A stretch of 64,000 bases of DNA, from contig JASMHM010000004.1 in NCBI GenBank assembly GCA_030750765.1, positions 3,013 through 67,012 of the forward strand, read 5' to 3'. Position numbers and translations under genes: made by a program. Positions 1 to 8,407 of the stretch are shown here, in pieces. How positions within the stretch are numbered: the stretch's first letter is position 1; each line of letters starts with the position of its first letter. This DNA comes from Candidatus Woesearchaeota archaeon. GTDB taxonomy: Archaea > Nanobdellota > Nanobdellia > Woesearchaeales > ARS49. The notes beneath the pieces were generated by a model. That model made no database searches. It was not told where the DNA came from and saw only the letters and a program-made list of their open reading frames with translations.

Positions 1-965
1 AGAAAAGAATCGCTGCAAAGTCCGGAGGCAAAGGTTTTGACGTCAAAAGGTCTGGGAATGCAACAGTCGTGCTGCTAGGCTTTCCCAGCGTAGGCAAGAG
101 CACGTTGTTGAATAAGTTAGTGGGCACCAAAAGCAAAGCTGCTTCGTACGCATTCACTACTGTGTCGGTCATTCCTGGTTTACTAGAATACAACCACGCC
201 AAGATCCAAATCCTGGACGTGCCCGGCATCGTGCACGGAGCTGCATCTGGAAGAGGCAGAGGTAAAGAAGTGCTAGGGGTGATTCGCAATTGTGATGCCA
301 TCTTAGTGGTGGTGGATGCACAGCACCCAGAACACTATGATGCATTGTTGCGAGAGGTGGACGAGTTCAACGTGCGTATAAACCAAGCATTGCCAGACGT
401 CAAAGTAACCAAAAAAGAGAAGGGAGGTATCGACCTCCAAAGTACGGTGAAGCTTTCATTGGACAAAGAGACCATCAAGACCGTTTTACACGGTTTGCGC
501 ATCAACAATGCTGAAGTCATCATCCGTGAGGATATCACGGTGGATCAACTGATCGACGTGGTTGAGGGTAATCGTTCTTACATTCCTGCACTAACCGCCA
601 TCAGCAAGATAGATCTGGTAGACAAGCGAACAAGAGAGCGATTGATCAAAAACATAAAACCGGATGTCGTGGTGAGTGGGGAGACCGGGGAAGGTATCAA
701 GACACTAAAGCGAAAATTGTACAAGAAACTACGATTCATGCGCATCTTCATGAAAGAGGTACGCAAAAAGGCAGACATGGACATACCGCTCATCGTACGC
801 AAAGGAAGCACAGTACAACAAATATGTGAAAAGGTACATCGGGATCTAGCAAGAAAGTTCAAGTATGCACGCATCTGGGGGCCTACGGCAAAGTTTGACG
901 GTCAAGTCATCCGAGATAAGAAACGAGCCCTACAAGATCAAGACGTTATCGAGATCCATTCCTGA
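1..965 (+). CDS. DRG/Obg-family GTP-binding protein with C-terminal TGS domain; 5' end lies outside the window
   Basis: The reading frame is open from position 3 (…[28 protein letters not shown]…). It carries the G1 GxPxVGKST and DVPGI motifs and a TGS-like C-terminus. Stop is TGA at 963-965. Confidence 0.85.
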   Translation, partial: [320 protein letters not shown]

Positions 966-1245
966 CATTTGGAGCGCTAGCTAGTGATTTTCTACGCTTG
1001 ATCTTGGACGGATCATCTGTATGCTTTTTGCAGCCCTTGCATCGGTAGCCTGCAGGCTTTTCTTCAATGAGCGCAGTGCCGTTCGTAATTTGCTGGCGTG
1101 TGGAGTATTGGTCGACGCGTGCAGATCCGCACTGACGGTGGATATAGGCGTTTCCCTTGCCAAAGAAGGAGAGAACTACATCTAGCGAACTGTTCATGTG
1201 GATGTACTTATTTCGCTTCCATTCTCTAGTCTCGTCCATACTCAC
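946..1245 (-). CDS. hypothetical small basic Cys-containing protein (99 aa)
   Basis: ORF sits in an otherwise empty 320-bp intergenic region. A palindromic TATA (CGCTTTATAAAGG, 1259-1271) lies about 25 bp upstream of its ATG on the minus strand. No recognisable domain. Confidence 0.3.
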   Translation of the reverse strand: MSMDETREWKRNKYIHMNSSLDVVLSFFGKGNAYIHRQCGSARVDQYSTRQQITNGTALIEEKPAGYRCKGCKKHTDDPSKIKRRKSLASAPNVRNGSR

Positions 1246-1289
1246 TCTGGAGGGTGATCGACGGACGCTTTATAAAGGATTCGTCCCCA

Positions 1290-1742
1290 TTAGGTAACAG
1301 GTACGCGCCTGTTTTTTGGGACGTAATTCAGAAGAACTCCTTCTTTCAGGTTGCCACATCCGAGAATATCTTCGTTGTATTTGACCAGAACAAAGCCTGC
1401 AGCTCCTTGAACGGGTACGTCCTCTCCCCGCAACCAGGCCTTTGCCTGCTCTTCATTCAATGCTAGTATGTTTTGGGTGGCTGTTTTGGCCACCATTTGT
1501 GCCCCTTCAATGCTTAGACGGTTTCCTTTGCCTACCTCGGCCACATATAACCCTATGCTGCTCACGTTGAGCTTGTCTAGCTCTACATTTTCTATATCGC
1601 GGTTGACAAGATAGAGTTTTTGTCTGTCTGTAAGGATTAGTGCGTACTTGTCTGTCCAGTCTAGGGTTGCTCCATAGTGTTCTTCTATCTCTTTGAGTAT
1701 CGGTTTGGCTTGTTTTCGGTTGAGCAGGTTTAGACGCCCCAT
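1290..1742 (-). CDS. PUA-domain protein, NIP7-like (ribosome biogenesis)
   Basis: 150 aa. N-terminal pre-PUA-like segment and C-terminal PUA-like segment (…VLVKYNEDILGCGNLKEGVLLNYVP…). Its start overlaps the stop of aIF5B by 13 nt, suggesting co-transcription. Confidence 0.45.
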   Translation of the reverse strand: MGRLNLLNRKQAKPILKEIEEHYGATLDWTDKYALILTDRQKLYLVNRDIENVELDKLNVSSIGLYVAEVGKGNRLSIEGAQMVAKTATQNILALNEEQAKAWLRGEDVPVQGAAGFVLVKYNEDILGCGNLKEGVLLNYVPKNRRVPVT

Positions 1743-3445
1743 ACTGGGTTGTTCTCCCGCATGATGTTAGCAATGTCCTTCAGAATTTTCTTATCATCCT
1801 CGGTAAGCGTTTCTTTGAATTCCTTGTATTGCAGGAATTGCTCTTCTGATACTTCACTGTACAAGATTTGGTTCTCGCTCACTTGCCTGCCTACGGTGAC
1901 TTCGGGTAACGATGCAGCACCCTTGTCTCCTTTCTTGAGGTGGTCCACTTGTTTTTTCTCTTGTTGGATACCTTTGAGCGTGGTGATGTGTTTGCCTTTG
2001 TCATCCATCAAGGGGATGTTGTTGCGCAGCTCCCCTTCTTCTACTTGGACGCCAACGATGGCGGGATTGTTCTGTCTAAAGACATACCCTTTCATCACTA
2101 AGATCTTGCATGGCTTCACCAACTCATTGAGCTTTTCCATCTCGATGCGTTTTTTCTGCTTGTCTGCCCAAGCTTTGTAAGCATCTATCAACCGGTAGAT
2201 AACATCATTCGTCAGGGCACCTTCTTGTTTGGAAACGTTAAATCCGAGCACAACAGCATGGAGGGAGTTCTTCTCTTTCATGCTGTCTGCATCGGTAAGA
2301 TCTTTCTTGGTGATGTCTCCGATGCCTGCTTTCTTCACAGGGATGTCGTTGCTCTTCAGCAGCATCACTAAGGCTTCTAGACTACCTAATGAGTCTGCTT
2401 TGGCTATCACGCCTTCCTTGTCTGTTTCGATGAGTACCTCGCGAACTTGCTTTTCTACTTCTTTGACGGCTTGTGCTTCCTTCATCCCTGCTATGATGGG
2501 CATTCCTGCGGCTACTGCTTCTACTTTTGGGCACAGTATGCGCACCCCTGTACTGGCAAATACTTCTTTGACGGGTTTGAACTTGGCAACTCTCATCTCT
2601 TGCATGGGTGCTGGCTGGAACAACGCTTTGATTTTCGCCACGACTGGCTTGTCTACCCCGCCCATCACGATGGTTTGGCCTTGTTTGATGCTGCCATCGT
2701 AGATGATGGCATCCACCACTTTACCAACTCCTTTTTGGTCTTGGATTTCTAGCACGGTCCCGCGTGCGATGTCGGTTGTTATGAGTTTGTCTCCCAAGAA
2801 ACGTTGGGCAAGCCCTGCTACCGTCATCAAGAGTTCGGGTATCCCTTGCCCGGTTTCCGCACTTACGGGTATGACGGCTAAGGTCTTGGTGTGGTCTTCG
2901 ATGCGGTCGTAGCGTTCCGCCTCAAAGCCTAGTTCGTACAGTTTTCCTATGGTTTCGTAGAGTTTTGTCTCAAAGATTTTTTGTACTGAGGGTATGGCTT
3001 GACGTACTGCTTCCCCTAGTGTGATATCGTTCTTCCATCCTTTGATGAGGTCGATCTTGTTCAGGGCTACCACAAAAGGAATCTTGTATTCTTTCAATAC
3101 CTTGACGCATTCCATGGTTTGTTCCATGGGTCCTTCGTTGATGTCCACCACAAGTATTGCGATGTCTGCTAAGTTTCCCCCTCTTTTTCTTAGGTTGACA
3201 AAGGCTGCGTGTCCGGGTGTGTCAACAAACAATAATCCGGGTATGGTGAGCTCCATGCTCATAGCTTTGAGTAGGGGTTTGCATATTTTTTCTAGAACTG
3301 TACTATCTATAATGCTGGCGCCGATGGCTTGGGTGATGCCGCCGGCTTCCTTTTCTTGTACTGCGCTGCCTCTAATCTTGTCTAGAAGTCTCGTCTTTCC
3401 GTGATCGACGTGGCCCATGATGGTGACGATAGGTTGTCGGATCAT
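1730..3445 (-). CDS. infB: translation initiation factor aIF5B (IF2-type GTPase)
   Basis: MGHVDHGKTxLLD G1 motif, DTPGH, NKID, and full domain II-IV length (571 aa), typical of archaeal aIF5B. Stop TAA. Confidence 0.9.
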   Translation of the reverse strand: MIRQPIVTIMGHVDHGKTRLLDKIRGSAVQEKEAGGITQAIGASIIDSTVLEKICKPLLKAMSMELTIPGLLFVDTPGHAAFVNLRKRGGNLADIAILVVDINEGPMEQTMECVKVLKEYKIPFVVALNKIDLIKGWKNDITLGEAVRQAIPSVQKIFETKLYETIGKLYELGFEAERYDRIEDHTKTLAVIPVSAETGQGIPELLMTVAGLAQRFLGDKLITTDIARGTVLEIQDQKGVGKVVDAIIYDGSIKQGQTIVMGGVDKPVVAKIKALFQPAPMQEMRVAKFKPVKEVFASTGVRILCPKVEAVAAGMPIIAGMKEAQAVKEVEKQVREVLIETDKEGVIAKADSLGSLEALVMLLKSNDIPVKKAGIGDITKKDLTDADSMKEKNSLHAVVLGFNVSKQEGALTNDVIYRLIDAYKAWADKQKKRIEMEKLNELVKPCKILVMKGYVFRQNNPAIVGVQVEEGELRNNIPLMDDKGKHITTLKGIQQEKKQVDHLKKGDKGAASLPEVTVGRQVSENQILYSEVSEEQFLQYKEFKETLTEDDKKILKDIANIMRENNPVWGV

Positions 3446-3466
3446 ACCTGTATAGGTGGTGCCTGC

Positions 3467-3475
3467 TTTTTAAAG
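3467..3475. promoter_or_regulatory. symmetric TTTTTAAAG TATA-like box, possibly bidirectional (infB on minus strand, surface-protein gene on plus strand)
   Basis: About 22 bp upstream of the infB ATG on the minus strand. Matches the window-wide CCTTTTTAAAC consensus. Confidence 0.4.
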
Positions 3476-3574
3476 GGTGGCGTTTGTCGTCCTTGCCCTT
3501 GCTCATTTCGTTTACTACTCGAGAGTGCGCTCTTAGCGCATCTTTTTAAGCTAAGCCCACTTTCCAGTAGCAAC

Positions 3575-4516
3575 ATGAAGCTAGAAAGATCATGGGGTGT
3601 GTTGTTCGCTCTTTTGCTATGCGCTACCACTGCCCTTGCACTTCCTCTAACGATTGATAGTGTAGAGCTAGACGAAGTCCGTCTGGATTCTGGAAGCGTC
3701 AACCGTTTGGACGTTGAGCGCGATGATGACTTCACGCTTCGTATCAAATTAACACCTACAGCACAACTAGACAACGTAGAAATCTTAGCATTCATCTCAG
3801 GATATGAGCACAACGATCGTCCGAATGAGCGCATCTCTGACGTTGCTGAACTATTCACAGCAGATGCCAACGTTTCTTATGTGCGCAAACTCAAGCTACA
3901 ATTGCCAAACGAACTAGACCGAGACGACTACAAGATTAGATTGATCGTTTCTGACCGATTCGGAACAGCAGTAGTACAAGACTTTGACCTACACGTCAAC
4001 AGTCAAAGACATGATGTTTTGATCAAAGATATCACTACCATTCCTAACGTTGTAAGAACCGGCGGAGCCGTACTCGTCAAAGTAAGAGTAGACAACAAAG
4101 GACAAAGGGTAGAGAACGACGTTCGTGTATCTGTAGCTATTCCTGCACTCGGTGTGCACGGCGTAGACTACATCGACAGAGTAAAGTCTGAAGATGAGGA
4201 AGAGACAGAAGAGATTTTCCTACGTCTACCACGATGTAGCAAACCTGGACTCTACGAAGTTGTCGTCACCACACACTACTCGGACAACAGAAGAAGCTCA
4301 GAAGCAAGAGCACCTATCAATGTTATCCAAGACGCTAGTTGCGAAGCTCCTAGCGTACAAAAAGAAGAAAATAAGCCAGTGTTGCAGATCCAACCGCAAC
4401 CACCCGTAGCTCCTCATGAGGAGCCACCAAAGCGTGGCGTGTTAGAGATCATTCTCTTGACACTGGTAGGCTTACTAGCCCTACTCGGTCTTGCTATTGC
4501 GATAAGCAAGCTTTAA
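3575..4516 (+). CDS. secreted cell-surface protein: signal peptide, two beta-sandwich-like repeats, Pro-rich linker, C-terminal TM anchor
   Basis: Start chosen at MKLERSWGVLFALLLCATTALA (signal-peptide-like); the upstream in-frame part of the ORF would overlap infB. C-terminus is PQPPVAP…ILLTLVGLLALLGLAIAISKL. Confidence 0.6.
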   Translation: MKLERSWGVLFALLLCATTALALPLTIDSVELDEVRLDSGSVNRLDVERDDDFTLRIKLTPTAQLDNVEILAFISGYEHNDRPNERISDVAELFTADANVSYVRKLKLQLPNELDRDDYKIRLIVSDRFGTAVVQDFDLHVNSQRHDVLIKDITTIPNVVRTGGAVLVKVRVDNKGQRVENDVRVSVAIPALGVHGVDYIDRVKSEDEEETEEIFLRLPRCSKPGLYEVVVTTHYSDNRRSSEARAPINVIQDASCEAPSVQKEENKPVLQIQPQPPVAPHEEPPKRGVLEIILLTLVGLLALLGLAIAISKL

Positions 4517-5058
4517 CCCGAAACTCGAGGCTGACCAGCGTCTGGAACCTGATTCGTTGTAGGCTGAGTTGGGTTTTGATGGACAGAGTCTCTGCCGATA
4601 AAGCTCTGGTAGAAACGACTGCCATACTCTTCATTCTCGCCATAGCCAGAGAACGTGCTACCGCCCACATAGGGGGTTTGTTCAGATAAACCATAGCGTT
4701 GTTGACGAGTCATACCTGCCGTGCTAAATCGTGGACCATAGTATTCTGTTCCACCATAGGCCTCTTCGTCAGGATACCAATCTCCTACCGCTTCGTATGG
4801 ATAGTTTGTGTTGGGGTAGGGTGGTCCTTGTAGAGCTGGACTCTGCTCAAAGACGGGAATGCTTTCATCATACGCGTCTAGAGGTACCAAAGGCGGGATG
4901 TAATCCACCTGTACGTTACCTACTGCATCCACAGGAACCAATTGCACAGGAGGTGCTTGATTCCAAGGATTGCCCTGCATGCTAATCGTTGCTACAGCAA
5001 CGATGGCAATCAAGGCTAAGATATAGATTGAATGGTCGTGTTGTTGTTTTTTTGCCAT
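4513..5058 (-). CDS. N-terminally membrane-anchored low-complexity (Tyr/Pro/Gly-rich) protein
   Basis: One N-terminal TM helix followed by a Y/P/G-rich tail. TATATATAAATAAG box about 25 bp upstream on the minus strand. Confidence 0.5.
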   Translation of the reverse strand: MAKKQQHDHSIYILALIAIVAVATISMQGNPWNQAPPVQLVPVDAVGNVQVDYIPPLVPLDAYDESIPVFEQSPALQGPPYPNTNYPYEAVGDWYPDEEAYGGTEYYGPRFSTAGMTRQQRYGLSEQTPYVGGSTFSGYGENEEYGSRFYQSFIGRDSVHQNPTQPTTNQVPDAGQPRVSG

Positions 5059-5183
5059 AGCTCCAAAAGGAGAACAGGTCTTATTTATATATATCGTTTT
5101 TATACTACCGCAAAAGTCACGCCTGTTCTGTGGTTACTCTTTGCAGGCGCAAGATTATAAAGGGACTACGAAGTCTACCCTTC

Positions 5184-6917
5184 ATGGATGCAAAGACGCT
5201 GATCAAGAAATACTTGGACTTTTTTGCTAGCAAACAGCACGCCGTCATTCCTAGTGCCAGTCTCATTCCTGAGAACGATCCTACCGTCCTATTCACGACA
5301 GCAGGAATGCATCCTTTAGTGCCCTTCTTACTTGGACAACCTCATCCTCAAGGGAAAAGAATATGTGATGTGCAGAAGTGTATTAGAACAACAGATATAG
5401 AAGAAGTGGGGGATGACACGCATCTTACCTTCTTTGAGATGTTAGGAAATTGGAGTCTAGGCGATTATTTCAAGAAAGAAACCATCGCGTGGAGCTGGGA
5501 GTTTCTAACGAGCAAAGAATGGCTAGGCATACCAAAAGAAAGACTATCCATAACTTGCTTTGCTGGTGATGCGGACGCGCCCAAAGATGAAGAGTCTGCA
5601 GAAGTGTGGCGATCATTAGGAGTGCCAGAAGAAAGAATAGCCTTCCTGCCCAAAGAAGACAATTGGTGGGGGCCAGCAGGCAAAACAGGACCTTGTGGGC
5701 CTGACACTGAGATATTTTATTACAAAAAAGACAATCCTCCACAAAAGTTTGACCCAAAAGATGATAACTGGGTAGAGATCTGGAATAATGTTCTAATGCA
5801 GTTCAACAAGCAAGAGGATGGAGAGCTTAAACCGTTGTCAAAGCCAAGCGTAGACACGGGCATGGGTGTTGAGAGAACTATTGTAGCATTACAAGGGAAG
5901 CAAACCGTCTATGATACTGAGCTTTTCCAACCCATACTAGCCACCATACGTGAGTTAGCAGAAAAGCAAGATCACAAAGCAGAAAGAATCATCGCTGACC
6001 ATATCAGGACTGCAACCTTTGTGCTGGGCGAGGATGCAGGCGTCGTTCCCTCAAACATGGACCAAGGCTACATCCTACGCAGACTTATCCGACGAGCGGT
6101 ACGATATGGCAGGAATCTGGGCATCGACCAAACCTTCTGTCATGTTGTTGCTAGCGTAATAATAAAAGAATACAAAGCGCGCTATCCAGAACTGTTGAAA
6201 AATGAGGGACGCATTGTTGAGGAATTGCAACGAGAAGAGAAACGATTCAAGGAAACACTCGAGCAAGGACTCAAAATCTTTGACAAGGTAGCTACTAAAG
6301 ATATTACAGGGGAACAAGCGTTCTTGTTGTTCCAATCTCATGGCTTTCCCTTAGAATTAACCATGGAACTAGCTAAGGAACGAGGGTTTAGCGTGGATGA
6401 GAAAGGATATCATGAAGCGTTCAAAAAACACCAAAAAGCAAGCAAAGGGGACAAGTTTGCCTCTGGACTGGCAGACCATTCTACCCAGACGGTGAGTTTG
6501 CACACTGCCACGCATCTATTACATGCAGCGTTAAGAAAAATATTTGGTGATGAAGTACAACAAAAAGGAAGCAACATCACACCAGAAAGATTAAGATTTG
6601 ATTTCAGCTTTCCAAGAAAATTAACCCAAGAAGAGAAAGAACAAGTGGAGAAGCAGGTTAATGAGTGGATACAAACAAACACCGACGTCACCAACGAAGA
6701 AATGTCTTTGACTGACGCCAAGAAAGCAGGCGCCATCGCCTTCTTTGGAGAGAAGTACGACGACGCAAAGGTAAGTGTGTATTCTATTCCTGGCATCAGC
6801 AAGGAAGTTTGCACCGGCCCGCATGTCAAGAACACCAAAGACATTGGTGCGTTTAAGATCAAAAAAGAAGAAAGCGTCTCTGCTGGCGTGAGAAGGATAA
6901 AGGCGACGGTTAACTAA
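5184..6917 (+). CDS. alaS: alanyl-tRNA synthetase, short form (catalytic + tRNA-recognition + editing domains, no C-Ala domain)
   Basis: FTTAGM, class II core, TGMGVERT, editing-domain HTATHLLH and CTGPHV motifs. Start placed at MDAKT (5184), 20 bp downstream of GATTATAAAGG. Confidence 0.85.
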   Translation: MDAKTLIKKYLDFFASKQHAVIPSASLIPENDPTVLFTTAGMHPLVPFLLGQPHPQGKRICDVQKCIRTTDIEEVGDDTHLTFFEMLGNWSLGDYFKKETIAWSWEFLTSKEWLGIPKERLSITCFAGDADAPKDEESAEVWRSLGVPEERIAFLPKEDNWWGPAGKTGPCGPDTEIFYYKKDNPPQKFDPKDDNWVEIWNNVLMQFNKQEDGELKPLSKPSVDTGMGVERTIVALQGKQTVYDTELFQPILATIRELAEKQDHKAERIIADHIRTATFVLGEDAGVVPSNMDQGYILRRLIRRAVRYGRNLGIDQTFCHVVASVIIKEYKARYPELLKNEGRIVEELQREEKRFKETLEQGLKIFDKVATKDITGEQAFLLFQSHGFPLELTMELAKERGFSVDEKGYHEAFKKHQKASKGDKFASGLADHSTQTVSLHTATHLLHAALRKIFGDEVQQKGSNITPERLRFDFSFPRKLTQEEKEQVEKQVNEWIQTNTDVTNEEMSLTDAKKAGAIAFFGEKYDDAKVSVYSIPGISKEVCTGPHVKNTKDIGAFKIKKEESVSAGVRRIKATVN

Positions 6918-7596
6918 ACAGCTTCCGAATAACATCAAAGGTGTACAACATAATCGCTCTCGCTTGTTCTTTGGTAGGATAGAAGGGTTCTTGCTTTTGG
7001 TGCACGCTATGGATGCGTACTTGGTTGATCAAGTGTATCTGATTGCCTAATCCAGGATCGATGCTGATGTTGGCCTCTGCCATTTTTCCTATAAGATTCC
7101 CCAGGCCCATGCCCGGAGCTTTTTCTAATAAGTCCTTGCCAGTAGCCTCAAAGTATTTTCTGTGCAGGGCTGCTTCCAACACTCTTCCGCAAAGTATGAC
7201 CGCGCTTCGGTATGCTCCATGGTTAAAGCAAATGTCGATCTCTGCCTTGTCTGCCTCTACTTGCTCAGAAATTCCTGGAACTGTAAAGTCTGGGCTTTCT
7301 GTGATGGTGGGTTCTGACATCTGTACTTGGCCGAGCTCCATCAACGTAGAGGCAATCTTGTCAGCATCCTTCATACCTCCTAGCTGTCCTACCAACGCTT
7401 GTACTTCGGTATCGGGGAGCGTGGTGGTTGCTTGCTGCAATCGTTCCACCGCGCTGAAGTATGCTCTTCTGTTAGCGTCAGCTCGTTGTTCTTCAAATTT
7501 GGTAAAACTGCCTTCCTCGCCTGCTAACCCTGTCTTTCTTGCAGCCTCAAAACTTATCTTGGTGGCATTCAACGCCTTTCTGAAAGCCTGACTCAT
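6910..7596 (-). CDS. hypothetical protein with C-terminal HEPN/DUF4145-like domain
   Basis: C-terminal alpha-helical region with Rx4H (NQVRIHSVHQ) and AYRSAVILCGRVLEAALHRKYF. Own TATA (GAGTATAAGAAC) about 25 bp upstream. Overlaps the alaS 3' end convergently by 8 nt. Confidence 0.55.
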   Translation of the reverse strand: MSQAFRKALNATKISFEAARKTGLAGEEGSFTKFEEQRADANRRAYFSAVERLQQATTTLPDTEVQALVGQLGGMKDADKIASTLMELGQVQMSEPTITESPDFTVPGISEQVEADKAEIDICFNHGAYRSAVILCGRVLEAALHRKYFEATGKDLLEKAPGMGLGNLIGKMAEANISIDPGLGNQIHLINQVRIHSVHQKQEPFYPTKEQARAIMLYTFDVIRKLFS

Positions 7597-7677
7597 ACCT
7601 CTCCTTACGTTTCGCAGTTCTTATACTCATCGGTGCTTGAACATAACGTTTTTATCTGAAGTGTTTCCACCCCTTCC

Positions 7678-8331
7678 ATGTCGAGCTGGTTGGACTCTCA
7701 AAACCTGGATTTGATGGCTGTTCCCTTTCGCATTGGCAGTATGCCCTTCGAGATGTATCAAAAAATGTTGGGTACACAAAGACGATTGATGACTATGGGT
7801 GACTTGCTCGAATTGGGATGGCGTTCCCATAGTCGGGTCATGAATCCTCTTCCTCCTGAGTTGCAAGAAGAAATATCCCAGTCCTTTGCGCATGTATGGG
7901 AGGATGGGCTGTTGCTTGCAACCCGACAAACAGGAAGAGAAATCCAGTACGGGCAGGAGCCTGACCAAGTAGCCACACTAGACCGCGTGTACACTCCCGG
8001 CTCTTTAGTAGAGATGCGCGAATCCTACTTCAATCTTATGACCGGGAGAGAGAAAAAAGGCAAGGTGATGTCCATGGCCAACGATTCGCTACAGCGTCTC
8101 ACTAGTACGCCTTTGGAAGCAGAGGCTTTGTTTGCTACAGGAACCCAAACGGAAGGTTTTGCTTGTGCGTACGTCGAAAACGGAAGGTTGGTCTTGGGTT
8201 ACGCAACCCAACAACGAGGAAAGCATCTCGCCTCGGTTCCAATCATACGGGAGCTTCCTGGACCGGACACCATGCGCGACTTATTGGTAGAGGTGCTTCA
8301 ACTTATACCTCCGGTTGATCCAAGAGAATAA
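7678..8331 (+). CDS. hypothetical protein
   Basis: 217-aa ORF. TATA (ACGTTTTTATCTG) 23 bp upstream. No recognised motif. Confidence 0.55.
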   Translation: MSSWLDSQNLDLMAVPFRIGSMPFEMYQKMLGTQRRLMTMGDLLELGWRSHSRVMNPLPPELQEEISQSFAHVWEDGLLLATRQTGREIQYGQEPDQVATLDRVYTPGSLVEMRESYFNLMTGREKKGKVMSMANDSLQRLTSTPLEAEALFATGTQTEGFACAYVENGRLVLGYATQQRGKHLASVPIIRELPGPDTMRDLLVEVLQLIPPVDPRE

Positions 8332-8407
8332 CCTCTACAAGCACTACCCTCCAACCTATTCATTCCACTACCGATATCGCTATAAAGGTGTTTGCCTACT
8401 CAAAAAC

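Noticed and set aside
335-874. Minus-strand ORFs (67 and 98 aa) inside the DRG GTPase gene
   Set aside because: They are antisense shadow ORFs within a confidently identified coding region.
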